From Elusimicrobiota bacterium (GTDB taxonomy: Bacteria > Elusimicrobiota > Elusimicrobia > Elusimicrobiales > UBA9959), in the NCBI GenBank assembly GCA_009773155.1, contig WOVA01000006.1:56293-120292 (forward strand): a DNA stretch of 64,000 bases, written 5' to 3'. A program made the position numbers and the translations under genes. The notes below the pieces were generated by a model that saw only the letters and a list, made by a program, of their open reading frames with translations, made no database searches and was not told where the DNA came from. Position 1 is the stretch's first letter; every line of letters starts with the position of its first letter. Positions 1 through 10,449 of the stretch are shown here, in pieces.

Positions 1-303
1 GTAACCACCCCATACCCCGACACGGACCTCTATAAAATGGGCCTGGAAACCAAAGCCTTCAAAGAAGACTACTGGCGGAAATTCGCCGCGAACCCCTCCA
101 AAGATTTCAAGCCCGTGCTGCTGAACGAACATTTAAGCGCCGCGGAACTGGCCGGCCTGCTGGACTTCGCCTACAAGAAATTCTACATGCGGCCGAAGTA
201 CATATTGAAACGCCTGCTCTCCCTCAGGTCCCTTTCAGACCTGCCTCACATGGGCAAAGCAGCGGTCAGGCTCTGCCTAAAGACACTGACCGCGAAAGGA
301 TGA
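1..303 (+). CDS. C-terminal fragment of a (B12-binding) radical SAM protein; 5' end lies outside the window
   Basis: Frame is open from base 1 (VTTPYPDTDLYK...AYKKFYMRPKYILKRL). It resembles the C-termini of the neighbouring radical SAM paralogues (TPFPGA..LY; FYFRPRIIL). Confidence 0.65.
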   Translation, partial: VTTPYPDTDLYKMGLETKAFKEDYWRKFAANPSKDFKPVLLNEHLSAAELAGLLDFAYKKFYMRPKYILKRLLSLRSLSDLPHMGKAAVRLCLKTLTAKG

Positions 304-304
304 A

Positions 305-1207
305 ATGAGCGAATTATTGGAGTGCCCCGCCTGCCTTCTGCGCGCCGAACACAAGCCTTCCGGCTCCTGGAACGAGTACAGGTTCTTCAGGTGCCCCTCC
401 TGCGACGTGATCTTCTGCCACCCGCGGAAAAACCCCGGGCGGGACTGGTACGAGAATTCACTTATACACCAGGGCCTCAGCAATTTTCTGTACACGCAGG
501 TGATCTGGTACCACAAGCAGTTCCTGGAGGACCGGGCCGTTTACGGCAAAACCCTGCTGGACGTGGGCTGCGGCACCGGCAATTTCCTCAACCTGGCCCG
601 CGGCAGGTACGATGTCTGGGGAATGGATTTCAACCGCGACAGTATCGCGATAGCGAAAGAGCGGTTCGGCCTCCGGAACGTGTTCGCCGCCGACCTGGCC
701 GGCTTCTCCGAGCGGCACCCCGGCCGTAAATTCGACGTGATCACCTCTTTCGAGGTCATGGAACACCAGGACGCGCCGGCCGAATTCCTGCGTTCGCTAA
801 AGGGGCTCCTGAACCCGGGCGGGCATATAGCCATAAGCGTGCCGAACCGCGACGCCCGGCTGAACTCCCTGGCCGAGGCGGACAAACCGCCGAACCACCT
901 GATCTGGTGGGACGCGCGGTCCCTCGGCGGGACGCTCGAGCGGAACGGTTTCGAGATAATCAAGCTGTATCCGCGCCTTCTCGACAGCGAAGGCCTGGCC
1001 GATAACTTCGAGAACGGCCTGCGCTTCAGTTCTTTCGGAAAACGGATCTTCAAAGGCAGCCTGAATTCCGGCGCGGCGAAACCGCTGCAGAAAGCCATCT
1101 TCGCGGCCGACATCATGATAAGGACGCTTTTCAAGGCCGCCGACCCTTTCCTCCGTCGGACATCGCTGCAGGGCTCCAACCTGTACGCGCTGGCGAGACT
1201 AAAATGA
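305..1207 (+). CDS. Class I SAM-dependent methyltransferase with N-terminal Cys-rich (zinc-ribbon-like) segment
   Basis: CPAC/CPSC motifs, LDVGCGTG motif I, FDVITSFEVMEH, LNPGG. Confidence 0.85.
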   Translation: MSELLECPACLLRAEHKPSGSWNEYRFFRCPSCDVIFCHPRKNPGRDWYENSLIHQGLSNFLYTQVIWYHKQFLEDRAVYGKTLLDVGCGTGNFLNLARGRYDVWGMDFNRDSIAIAKERFGLRNVFAADLAGFSERHPGRKFDVITSFEVMEHQDAPAEFLRSLKGLLNPGGHIAISVPNRDARLNSLAEADKPPNHLIWWDARSLGGTLERNGFEIIKLYPRLLDSEGLADNFENGLRFSSFGKRIFKGSLNSGAAKPLQKAIFAADIMIRTLFKAADPFLRRTSLQGSNLYALARLK

Positions 1208-2850
1208 CGACGCGGCCCCATGGACTTAACGGGAAACGGGCGCCCCTCCGCCCTTCGGCCGTTCGGGACCTGCTCCGACCGGCGCCCGCCGCGGCCGCGC
1301 TGCTCTTCCTGGTCCTCTCGGCCGGCGGGATACGCTGGGCCCTGCCCAACGCCTACCACGTCAACACCTACAATTGCGACGAAAACACCGCCATCGCGAA
1401 TCTGCAGGCCATGGACCCGGCAAAACTCGATCTCAACCCGGTAGGGCCCAAAACCCCCTACGCGCTGGGCGAGGGGACTTTCAACCTGTACACTTACGCG
1501 GCGCTGCTGAAGACCCTGTCCGCCGCCGGCGTCATAAAGCTCACCACGGACAAGGAGTTCTATTACTCCAACCCCGGGGAATGGGGAAAATTCTTCAAAG
1601 CGGGAAGGCTTCTCTCGGCCGCCTACGGGGCGCTTACGGTATTGATGGTATTCCTGCTGGCCAAAAGCATGTTCGGGCCCGCCGCGGGCTTCATCGCCGC
1701 CCTCCTCATCGCCGTACTCCCGGCCCATGTGACTAATTCCCGCTACCTGATAATGACCGTTCCCGGGACTTTCTGGATAGTGCTGTCCTTCTATTTCCTG
1801 AAGAAACTTATGGACTCGGGCGCCGTCCGCGACTACCTCCTGGCCGGGACGGCGGCCGGGCTGGCCGCCTCCACCCGTTATTCGGGCCTGCCCGCGGTAT
1901 TCATGCCGGTAGCGGCCCACTTGATCGCCGGGGCGCCGGTCTCCCGCCTGTGGAAAGCGGCGGCCGCGATAGCCGCGGCGGCTTTCTTTTTCCTGCTCGG
2001 CACTCCTTACGCGCTTCTCGATCATGAGAACTTCATCAAGGGCCTGCTCGTGGTAGGCGGCCTGGCCGGGGGAGCCGGCCCGGCGGGGGGAGCATTGGAC
2101 GGCCTGCGCTCGGTGTATGTCAATTTCTCCCAGGCCATGGGCTCGCTGACCCTGGCGGCCTGCGCCGGAGGCGTCGTCCTGGCGGCCTTCAGGCGGACCC
2201 GCGACGACCTGCTCCTCCTCGCCTGGGTACTGCCGCTGCTGGCCATATTCCTTAAGGCGGGCGAGAACGCCCTGGCGAGCAGGATACTGCCGGTCCTGCC
2301 TTTTCTGGTCATACTGGCCGGCCGGGCCCTGGCCGAGCTCGGCGCGCACCATCCGCGCCTGGCCCGCGGCCTCGCGGCCCTCCTGCTGGGACAAGCCCTT
2401 CTTTTCCACGCCGCCGCGTTCAGACTGGTCCGTGGAACGGATATACGCGACGAGGCCTCGGCCTGGATGGTGTCCGCCATAGCGCCGGGTTCTTCGATAG
2501 GCCTTATCAAGGAACCCTCGTGGTTCAGCCCCGGGCTTATAGAGAGAAAGTACCGCCACCCCGGTCACCGCGGCCTCCCGGATTTTTCATATATCCCGCT
2601 GCATTCGGATAACTGGGCCTTCTACACCGGCTACGACAGGCTCGCGGAACTGGAGCCGGAATACGTCGTCCTGTCCAGCGTGGAGGAGGAGCTGCCAGGC
2701 GGGCGGGGAGCCCGGGCGGCGCTGGCCGCGGCCGGCTATCGGGTGGAAAAGGACTTCACCAGTGAATTCGCCGTTTTCGGGATGAAACTTTACGGGAAAA
2801 TGCCTCAGATGCTCTTCACGCCCGACAGGCTCACGGTGTTCAGAAAATGA
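1204..2850 (+). CDS. ArnT/PMT-like (GT-C, family 39/83-like) membrane glycosyltransferase
   Basis: Many hydrophobic helices; YNCDE near N-terminus; GRLLSAAYG; GLAASTRY; overlaps the upstream stop (ATGA). Confidence 0.75.
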   Translation: MTTRPHGLNGKRAPLRPSAVRDLLRPAPAAAALLFLVLSAGGIRWALPNAYHVNTYNCDENTAIANLQAMDPAKLDLNPVGPKTPYALGEGTFNLYTYAALLKTLSAAGVIKLTTDKEFYYSNPGEWGKFFKAGRLLSAAYGALTVLMVFLLAKSMFGPAAGFIAALLIAVLPAHVTNSRYLIMTVPGTFWIVLSFYFLKKLMDSGAVRDYLLAGTAAGLAASTRYSGLPAVFMPVAAHLIAGAPVSRLWKAAAAIAAAAFFFLLGTPYALLDHENFIKGLLVVGGLAGGAGPAGGALDGLRSVYVNFSQAMGSLTLAACAGGVVLAAFRRTRDDLLLLAWVLPLLAIFLKAGENALASRILPVLPFLVILAGRALAELGAHHPRLARGLAALLLGQALLFHAAAFRLVRGTDIRDEASAWMVSAIAPGSSIGLIKEPSWFSPGLIERKYRHPGHRGLPDFSYIPLHSDNWAFYTGYDRLAELEPEYVVLSSVEEELPGGRGARAALAAAGYRVEKDFTSEFAVFGMKLYGKMPQMLFTPDRLTVFRK

Positions 2851-4301
2851 CGAGCGCGAAGAAGATAATTTTCGTAAATCCCCCCCTTTCCATAGAGGAT
2901 CGTTACGGCGTCAAATCCCAGAGCGGCGGCCAGACCCCGCCGCTGGGCCTGCTGTGCCTGGCGTCAATGACGCGGGAACGGGGTTTCGACACGTCCATAC
3001 TGGACGCGGCCGCGCTGCGGCTCGGATACGGGGAGAGCGTCCGCGCAATACTGGAACGGTCCCCCGGCTATGTCGGCATAACCGCCGTTACCATTTCCAT
3101 CGCTCACGCCGCCGAACTGGCCGCCAGGCTGAAAAAAGCCGACCCGGGCCTGGTGGTGATGATCGGGGGCCCCCATCTCACCGCTCTCCCCTCGGAGACC
3201 ATGGAAAAGTATCCGCAATTCGACCTGGGGGTTATCGGGGAGGCGGATTACACCATAATCGAAGTGCTGGAAGCGCTGGAAGCGGGCCGGGACCTCTCCG
3301 GGATAAACGGACTCATACTGCGGACGCCGGCCGGAGCGGCCATCACCGGCCCGAGGGAACGGATCGGGGAAATGGACGCGCTGCCCCTGCCGGCGTGGGA
3401 CCTCCTCCCCGACCTGACCCGCCATTACTGTCCCCCCGTGCACACCCTCAAGAGGATCCCCGCCGCGCTGCTGGTGGCGTCCCGCGGCTGCCCCGGCAAA
3501 TGCGTTTTCTGCGACCGCAGCGTCTTCGGCAATGTCCTGAGGGCTTACAGCGCGCGGTACGTCTTCGAAATGATAAAAGAGCTCTACCATAAGCACGGCG
3601 TGCGGGAGATACAGCTCCGCGACGATAATTTCACCGCTTACCGCAAACGCACGCTGGAACTTTGCGCGCTGCTCAGGGAAGCCCGGCTGGACCTGGTCTG
3701 GACCTGCGCCGGCCGCGTGGACATGGTGAACCCGGAACTGCTCAAGGCCATGAAGGAAGCCGGCTGCTGGCAGATCTGGTACGGGGTGGAGAGCGGGTCG
3801 GACGAGATACTGGCCGGCATCATGAAACATACCACCACGCGACAGATCCGCGAAGCCGTGCGCATGACCCGCGACGCCGGAATAAGCCCCTGCGGATTCT
3901 TTATTATCGGCCATCCCGGCGAGACGATCGACACCCTGGAACAGACCCTGCGTTTTTCCCGGGAGCTCCCCCTGGACGAGGCGCATTTCTCCTTCATGAC
4001 CCCGTTCCCGGGGGCCTGGCTCTACGATCACGCGGAGGAATACGGCTCGTTCGACAGGGACTGGAGACGGCTCCACGGCTGGCTCCCGGTCTTCGTGCCT
4101 CACGGCCTGACGGCCGGCATTCTTGAAACATATTCCAAGCGGGCCTTCCGCGGTTTCTACTTCCGACCCCGGATAATCCTCTCATACATACTCAGGATAC
4201 GCAGCCTCAGGCACGCGGCGATATACTTCAGGGGGTTCCTGGCTCTCATGGAATGGCTGCTCAAGAGCAGGCGTCCGAAGAAGAGCGGGACGCGGGACTG
4301 A
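2847..4301 (+). CDS. B12-binding domain radical SAM protein
   Basis: PPLGLLCLAS, IGGPHLT, GEAD, SRGCPGKCVFC (CxxxCxxC), DDNF, GVESGS. Confidence 0.9.
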   Translation: MTSAKKIIFVNPPLSIEDRYGVKSQSGGQTPPLGLLCLASMTRERGFDTSILDAAALRLGYGESVRAILERSPGYVGITAVTISIAHAAELAARLKKADPGLVVMIGGPHLTALPSETMEKYPQFDLGVIGEADYTIIEVLEALEAGRDLSGINGLILRTPAGAAITGPRERIGEMDALPLPAWDLLPDLTRHYCPPVHTLKRIPAALLVASRGCPGKCVFCDRSVFGNVLRAYSARYVFEMIKELYHKHGVREIQLRDDNFTAYRKRTLELCALLREARLDLVWTCAGRVDMVNPELLKAMKEAGCWQIWYGVESGSDEILAGIMKHTTTRQIREAVRMTRDAGISPCGFFIIGHPGETIDTLEQTLRFSRELPLDEAHFSFMTPFPGAWLYDHAEEYGSFDRDWRRLHGWLPVFVPHGLTAGILETYSKRAFRGFYFRPRIILSYILRIRSLRHAAIYFRGFLALMEWLLKSRRPKKSGTRD

Positions 4302-5723
4302 ATGGCGAAACTTCTTTTCCTCCAGAACATAGAGTACGAGTTCCTCGGGCCGATGTATATATCGTCGGCCGTCAAGCGGCGCCATGCCTGCGAACTGGCG
4401 CTGGGGAACGGGCCGGATGACTTCGCCGGCGTAATGGACTCTTTCAGGCCGGATGTCATAGCCTTCTCGATCATGACCGGCTCCCACCGCTGGGCCCGGG
4501 AAACGGCGAAAGCCCTGAAATCCCGGCACAACGTCCTCACTCTTTTCGGCGGGGCCCATCCCACCTTTTTCCCGGAATTCATAGAGGAGGACGGGGTCGA
4601 CGCGGTCTGCCGCGGGGAAGGGGAGGACGCCGTACTGGAACTCCTGGACGCGATAGATTCCGGAGCCGACATCTCCGGGATAGCCAACCTGCACGTCAAG
4701 CGCGGCGGGCGCGTGCACAGGAACCCGGTGCGCCCCCTGCGCGCCGACCTCGACGAATACCCCTTCCCCGACCGCGGCCTGTACCGCGCCCTGGGGCCGG
4801 CGGCAGACCGCAGCGTAAGGAACGTGATAACCTCGCGCGGCTGCCCCTTCCACTGCACCTTCTGTTTCGAGGACAGCATCAGGGACCTTTACGCTAACAA
4901 AGGCCCGCACGTAAGAGTGCGCAGCGCGGCCAGGGTGATAGAAGAGCTGCGCGAGCTGAAACAAGCGGGAGAGATAAAGACCGTCTATTTCTGCGACGAC
5001 GTCTTCGGCCTGGATAAGCGATGGCTCTACGGCTTCCTGGAAGAATACAAGCGGGAGATAGGGCTCGACTTCCTGTGCCTCGCGCGGGCGGACATAATGA
5101 GCTCCAGCCCCGACTACGCCCGCCGCCTCAGGGACGCGGGCTGCAGGAGCGTTTTCTTCGGCATAGAGACCGGCTCCGAGACCCTCCGCAACAAAGTCCT
5201 CAGGAAAGGGGTAAAGGACGCCGACATCTACAAGGCCGCCGAAATGCTGCACGGGGCCGGCCTCCCTTTCAGGACGTACAACATAGTCGGGCTGCCGGAC
5301 GAGACGCTCGAAGACGCGTTCGGGACCATACTCATGAACGTGCGGATCAAGGCCGATTACCCCTGGTGCTCCATCTTCTCGCCTTATCCCCGGACCGCGC
5401 TCACGGTCTACGCCCAGGAGAAGGGGTACCTGGACAAGGATTTCAGCCCGGACTCCATCTCCTCTTCTTTTTTCATAGACTCGCGGCTCAGGATGCCCGG
5501 CATACGCAGGATAGAGAACCTGCACAAGTTCTTCCAGACCGCCGTCCTCTGGCCCTGGACCCTGCCCCTGGTGAAACTTCTGATCAAGCTGCCGCCGAAC
5601 CCGCTGTTCAGGCTATGGTTCGGCGCGGTATATTTTTATATATTCCTTAAGAGCGAAAAACGGAGCTTCTTCAGGACATGCGTCTTCGCCCTGAAGAACT
5701 ACAAGCACCTGCTGAAGAAGTAG
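4302..5723 (+). CDS. B12-binding domain radical SAM protein
   Basis: GGAHPT, GEGE, SRGCPFHCTFC, DDVF, GIETGS. Confidence 0.9.
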   Translation: MAKLLFLQNIEYEFLGPMYISSAVKRRHACELALGNGPDDFAGVMDSFRPDVIAFSIMTGSHRWARETAKALKSRHNVLTLFGGAHPTFFPEFIEEDGVDAVCRGEGEDAVLELLDAIDSGADISGIANLHVKRGGRVHRNPVRPLRADLDEYPFPDRGLYRALGPAADRSVRNVITSRGCPFHCTFCFEDSIRDLYANKGPHVRVRSAARVIEELRELKQAGEIKTVYFCDDVFGLDKRWLYGFLEEYKREIGLDFLCLARADIMSSSPDYARRLRDAGCRSVFFGIETGSETLRNKVLRKGVKDADIYKAAEMLHGAGLPFRTYNIVGLPDETLEDAFGTILMNVRIKADYPWCSIFSPYPRTALTVYAQEKGYLDKDFSPDSISSSFFIDSRLRMPGIRRIENLHKFFQTAVLWPWTLPLVKLLIKLPPNPLFRLWFGAVYFYIFLKSEKRSFFRTCVFALKNYKHLLKK

Positions 5724-5751
5724 AGCCGCCCGGGACCGCCGACCCTGAATA

Positions 5752-6921
5752 ATGATGAACATAAGCCTTCTTAAACTCCTAGACAAATACGCCGGCCTGC
5801 CGCTGTGCCTGCTACTGACGCTCCTCACACGGTTAACCGGCCGCGGGGAGCCGGCCCTTCGCAGGGAAGAGATACGCAAAACGCTGGCCATGAAATTCCT
5901 GGGGATGGGCAGCATCCTGCTGCTCTCACCCGCCCTGGCGGAATTCAGGCGAGCCTATCCCGGGTCGAAGCTGGTTTTCCTCACCCTGAGCAGGAACCGC
6001 GAGATAAGCGCGGCCCTGAATCTTTTCGACGACATCGTGACCGTCGATATCGACCGCGGCTGGGCTGCCTTCGCCGGGTCCTTCTGGGCCGCCATGAGGT
6101 ATCTCTGGCGCGAGCGGTTCGACCTGGTCCTGGACTTCGAGTTCTTTACGCGCTTCTCGGCGATAGTCTCTTTTTTCACCTTCGCCAGGATCAAAGTGGG
6201 ATACCACGCCTGGGAAACGTGGAGGGGCGACATCCATACTATAAAAGTGCCTTTCAACAGGTACTGGCACATAACCGACAGCTTTTACGCCCTGGTCACC
6301 CACATCGGCCTAGAGAAAAAAGAGAAGCTGGAGATGGTCAGGCCGGCCGTGCCGCAGGCGGACCGGGACGCGGTCAGGAAGCTCCTGAACGAAGCCGGGG
6401 CGGGGGCCCGCTATATCTGCGCCTATATCAGCGCCGGCGACCTCAGCATAGAACGCCGCTGGCCGGCCGACCGGTTCGCGCGGGTCCTGCGCGGGATTAT
6501 CGACCGCCATGACGCGCATATAGTGCTTACAGGTTCGGGGAAAGAGGCTCCGGCCGTCCGCGAGATGTGCGCCCGGCTCGACAGCGACCGGGTCCTGGAC
6601 CTGGCCGGCAGGCTTTCCGTCACGCAGCTTGCCGCGCTGCTGGAGGGCGCTGAACTCGTGATATCCAACGACGGGGGCCCGCTGCACCTGGCCGCCGCGA
6701 TGGGAACCCGCACCGTCTCTTTCTTCGGCCCCGAAACGCCGGTCATGTACGGCCCCCTGGGAGAGGGCCACTCGGTGTTCTTCAAGGGGATAGACTGCAG
6801 CCCGTGCATAAACGTGCACGACCGGAAATCCGTGCGCTGCTACTGGACCGAACCGAAATGCATGCAGGCCATCGACCCGGACGAAGTATTGAAAGAGGTC
6901 GAAAAGAAACTGGCGCGATGA
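5752..6921 (+). CDS. Glycosyltransferase family 9 (heptosyltransferase-like)
   Basis: GMGSILL, RRWPADRF, DLAGRLS, ISNDGGPLHLAAAMG, FFGPE, CSPC. Confidence 0.85.
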   Translation: MMNISLLKLLDKYAGLPLCLLLTLLTRLTGRGEPALRREEIRKTLAMKFLGMGSILLLSPALAEFRRAYPGSKLVFLTLSRNREISAALNLFDDIVTVDIDRGWAAFAGSFWAAMRYLWRERFDLVLDFEFFTRFSAIVSFFTFARIKVGYHAWETWRGDIHTIKVPFNRYWHITDSFYALVTHIGLEKKEKLEMVRPAVPQADRDAVRKLLNEAGAGARYICAYISAGDLSIERRWPADRFARVLRGIIDRHDAHIVLTGSGKEAPAVREMCARLDSDRVLDLAGRLSVTQLAALLEGAELVISNDGGPLHLAAAMGTRTVSFFGPETPVMYGPLGEGHSVFFKGIDCSPCINVHDRKSVRCYWTEPKCMQAIDPDEVLKEVEKKLAR

Positions 6922-8315
6922 AAAAGGTCCTCCTGCTCAACCCTCCCGGCGAACGCCTGTATATCCGCGACTATTTCTGCAGCAAGGTCTCCCAGGCCGA
7001 TTACCTTACCCACCCGGTGGACTTCGTCGTACTCAGCGGGATACTCGCCGGGGAGTACGAGGTCGGGCTGATAGACGCCATAGCCGGAAAACTTTCCCCG
7101 GAAAGCGCCCTGGAGGAAATACGGCGGTTCGCCCCGGACGCCGTCATCAGCCTTTTCGGCTCCGTCAGCCTGCCGGAGGACCTCGCCTTCGCCGCGAAGG
7201 TGCGGGCGGCCTGCCCCGGGGCCAGGCTTGTGGGCCTGGGGGACGCCTTCCGCGACGGGGGAGCGAAGTACCTGGGCCCGGACTCCCCCCTGGACGCGCT
7301 GCTGCTGGACTTCACCACCCGCGACATCGTCTCATACCTGGAAGGGGATCACGGGTCGGCGGCCAATATGCTCATCCGCGACGGAGGGGAGGTCCTGCCC
7401 CCCGGGACCCGGCCCGCGGCGGAACGATACGAGGTGCCGGTGCCCCGGCACGAGCTTTTTTCCGGCTACGATTACCGCCACCCCTTCGTCAGGAGCAGGC
7501 GGTTCGCGACGGTCCTGACCGACTACGGCTGCCCCTTTCATTGCAGCTTCTGCGTGATGGGGACCCTCGGTTTCAAGTCCCGCACGCCGGCTTCCGTAAT
7601 GACGGAGCTGGAGCATATCAAAAGCCTGGGCATAAAAGAGGTCCTGTTCCACACGCAGACCTTCGGCGCGCGGAAGGAAGAAGCCAGGGAGCTCTGCCGC
7701 AGGATGATAAGCGCGGGGCTGGGACTTGGCTGGACCTGCTTTTCAAGGGTCGACGTGGCGGACCCGGAACTGCTCTCCCTCATGCGGGAAGCCGGCTGCC
7801 ATACCGTTATCTTCGGCGTCGAATCCGGTTCCGACGAGATACTTAAAAAGTACGGGAAAGGCTACACTCGCGGGCAGATAATATCCGCTATCGACCACTG
7901 CGCCGCGATCGGCATCGAAACGGTAGGGACGTTCATCCTTGGGCTGCCGGAGGAAACCCACGAAACGATGGAGCGGACCCTGGACCTTCTACGCACGATA
8001 AAGCTCGATTACGCCTCCATCAACGTCGCGGTCCCGCGGATGGGGACGCCTCTCAGGGAGGAGGCCATCGCCCACGGGCTGGTGGACGGGGATTTCGCCG
8101 TCATGGACCAGTCCGGGGCCGAGGTGGCCATGGGCAGCAGGACTCTTTCCCGCGAGGAGATAACGAAGTACCGCAAGCGCGCAGTCGCTATCTTCTATTT
8201 CAACCCGCGCTATATACTGCGGCGACTGGCCCGGATAAGGTCCTTCTACGACCTTACGCGGCAGTTGAAGCAGGCCGCGGCCCTGGCGGCCAACACCTGG
8301 TTCGGGGAGAAATGA
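6918..8315 (+). CDS. B12-binding-type radical SAM protein
   Basis: LLLNPP N-terminus, DYGCPFHCSFC, GVESGS. Start re-called to ATG 6918, which overlaps the upstream TGA, rather than 6804. Confidence 0.85.
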   Translation: MKKVLLLNPPGERLYIRDYFCSKVSQADYLTHPVDFVVLSGILAGEYEVGLIDAIAGKLSPESALEEIRRFAPDAVISLFGSVSLPEDLAFAAKVRAACPGARLVGLGDAFRDGGAKYLGPDSPLDALLLDFTTRDIVSYLEGDHGSAANMLIRDGGEVLPPGTRPAAERYEVPVPRHELFSGYDYRHPFVRSRRFATVLTDYGCPFHCSFCVMGTLGFKSRTPASVMTELEHIKSLGIKEVLFHTQTFGARKEEARELCRRMISAGLGLGWTCFSRVDVADPELLSLMREAGCHTVIFGVESGSDEILKKYGKGYTRGQIISAIDHCAAIGIETVGTFILGLPEETHETMERTLDLLRTIKLDYASINVAVPRMGTPLREEAIAHGLVDGDFAVMDQSGAEVAMGSRTLSREEITKYRKRAVAIFYFNPRYILRRLARIRSFYDLTRQLKQAAALAANTWFGEK

Positions 8316-8316
8316 G

Positions 8317-9528
8317 ATGAACACAAAGACCGGGCTTTACGTCTTTCTCGCCGCCCTGGCGCTGCGCCTCGGCCTGCTGTTCGGCGCGCCGTCCATACCC
8401 GAGGCCTACGAACGCTTCGACGCCAAGGCCTACGAGGCCGTGGCCGTGAACCTCATGCAGGGCAACGGCTTCGTCGAAGCCCCGGGCCGGCCTACCGACG
8501 GCAGGCCCCCGGTCTACCCGCTGTTCCTGGCCGCGGTGTACTCCGTCACCGGCCACAGCGAATTTGCCGTAAGGCTGCTGCAATGCTTCATCGACTCAGG
8601 TAGCGCGGTGCTGCTCATGACCATAGCTGGACTCATCTTCCCTCCGGCCGCGGCGCTGGGAGCGGGGCTCCTGGCCGCCGCCTACCCGCCTTTCATACTT
8701 TACAGCAATATGCGCCTGACCGAATGCCTTTTTATGTTCCTTTTCCTCTGGGAGTGCCTGTTGCTGACCCGGGCCTTCAAGGAGGGCGACAGCCGCAAGT
8801 TCGCCCTGGCAGGGGTACTGCACGGCGTCGCCGTCCTCGTCAGGGCGCCGACGCTGCTTTTCCCCCTATTCCTGCTGCCCGTCATGCTCCTCAAGCGATT
8901 CCGGGGCCTGCTTAAAGGCTTCGTTCTTTACGCGGTGATAAGCACCGCCCTGATATCCGTATGGACGGTGCGGAACTATTACGCCCACGGCGGCTTCCTG
9001 GCGGTCAACACGGGCAGCGGGTGGCTGATGTGGTACGCCATACAGGACGACGCCTGGGACGGCGACAGGATAAGGGAGCTCAGTCCGCTGCGGGAATACC
9101 CGGAACTGGCGGACCTGCCTCGCCACGAGATGGAGAGCATAGTGGGCAGGAAGGTGGTAAAGTACGCGCTGACGCACCCCGTCGATTACTCGGCCAAGCT
9201 GGCCAGGAATTTCTGGCGCTTATGGACGCTTCCGGTCGGGAAAGTGATGATCTCCGAAGTCTCCCCTTTATACGGTACGCTCTACCAGGCGGGACATTTT
9301 CTGATGCTCGCCGCGGCTCTCTGCGGCCTGTTCATGGTCACGAAGGCCAATTTCATCCCCCTTCTGCCCGCGCTTATGTACCTGGCCTATGTCTCGGCAA
9401 TGCATAGCGTGATACTCGGCACTCCGAGGTACCGCCTCCCGTATGACCATTTCATGCTGATGTTCTGCTCCGCCGGCCTGGTCTTCCTGTACGGCGCCGT
9501 TAAGAAAATGCGAGGCCCCGCCCGGTGA
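8317..9528 (+). CDS. ArnT-like GT-C membrane glycosyltransferase
   Basis: FDAKAYEAVA, RPPVYPLFLA, polytopic hydrophobic pattern, PRYRLP near C-terminus. Confidence 0.75.
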   Translation: MNTKTGLYVFLAALALRLGLLFGAPSIPEAYERFDAKAYEAVAVNLMQGNGFVEAPGRPTDGRPPVYPLFLAAVYSVTGHSEFAVRLLQCFIDSGSAVLLMTIAGLIFPPAAALGAGLLAAAYPPFILYSNMRLTECLFMFLFLWECLLLTRAFKEGDSRKFALAGVLHGVAVLVRAPTLLFPLFLLPVMLLKRFRGLLKGFVLYAVISTALISVWTVRNYYAHGGFLAVNTGSGWLMWYAIQDDAWDGDRIRELSPLREYPELADLPRHEMESIVGRKVVKYALTHPVDYSAKLARNFWRLWTLPVGKVMISEVSPLYGTLYQAGHFLMLAAALCGLFMVTKANFIPLLPALMYLAYVSAMHSVILGTPRYRLPYDHFMLMFCSAGLVFLYGAVKKMRGPAR

Positions 9529-10430
9529 ACTGCCCGGTCTGCGGGTCGGACTCGTTAAAGAAAGGCGCCGCGCTGGGGCCGGGGGCCGTCTATACCTGCG
9601 CCTCGTGCGCCGTCCGTTTCATCAGCCCGCAGCCCTCCGACCGTGAACTGCGCGCGATATACGGGGAAGGCTACTACAGGTCCTGGGGCCTCTCCGGCAC
9701 GGAAAAGAACGCGGGCGTCAAGGCGATGAAGACCGCCACCTTCGAACTGCGCCTCGACCTGATCTCCAGGTATAAGACCTCGGGCAATATCCTGGACGTG
9801 GGCTGCGCCACCGGCTATTTCATGGAAGCCGCCGAAAAAAGGGGCTTCTCGCCCTACGGGGTCGAGATATCCGGCTATTCCAGCGCCGTCGCCAGGGCCA
9901 GGTTCGGCGCCGGCAAGGTTCACGCCGGAGTGCTGGAGGACTGCCCTTTCGGAGAGGGCTTTTTCGACGCCATCGCCATGTCGGACCTGCTGGAACACGT
10001 GCGCGACCCGCTCCGGACCCTGTCCGCGGCGCGCAGGCTTCTCAAAGAGGACGGCGTGCTCATGATCATGACGCCGGACACGGATTCGCTGACCAGCAGG
10101 ATCATGGGCTCGAGGTGGACGCATTACAAGCCCGAACACCTGTTCTATTTCAACAGGAGCTCGCTGTCGCTGCTCGCGAAAACGTCCGGCTTCGAGGCGG
10201 TACGCTTCGAGGCCGCCAAAAAATCCATGAACCTCGAATATCTACGCACCCAGTTCGCGGCCTATCCCCACTGGCTGCTCTCGCCGGCGGCTTCTCTCGC
10301 GGCGGGCCTGGTGCCCCGCGGTCTCAGGTCCAGGAATTTCGGCCTGACCATGGGTGAAATGACCGCGATACTGCGTCCCGCGCGCCGCCCCTCCCGCCCG
10401 GACCGCGCGGAACCCGGGTCAAAAGGATAG
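9525..10430 (+). CDS. Class I SAM-dependent methyltransferase with Cys-rich N-terminus
   Basis: CPVC/CASC, ILDVGCATG, FDAIAMSDLLEHV, EHLFYF; GTG start overlaps the upstream stop. Confidence 0.85.
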   Translation: MNCPVCGSDSLKKGAALGPGAVYTCASCAVRFISPQPSDRELRAIYGEGYYRSWGLSGTEKNAGVKAMKTATFELRLDLISRYKTSGNILDVGCATGYFMEAAEKRGFSPYGVEISGYSSAVARARFGAGKVHAGVLEDCPFGEGFFDAIAMSDLLEHVRDPLRTLSAARRLLKEDGVLMIMTPDTDSLTSRIMGSRWTHYKPEHLFYFNRSSLSLLAKTSGFEAVRFEAAKKSMNLEYLRTQFAAYPHWLLSPAASLAAGLVPRGLRSRNFGLTMGEMTAILRPARRPSRPDRAEPGSKG

Positions 10431-10431
10431 T

Positions 10432-10440
10432 TGGTATAAT
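10432..10440 (+). promoter_or_regulatory. Extended -10 promoter (TGnTATAAT) 9 nt before the ATG; probably gives a leaderless mRNA
   Basis: TGGTATAAT at 10432-10440; no Shine-Dalgarno before ATG 10450. Confidence 0.55.
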
Positions 10441-10449
10441 GATTTCGCG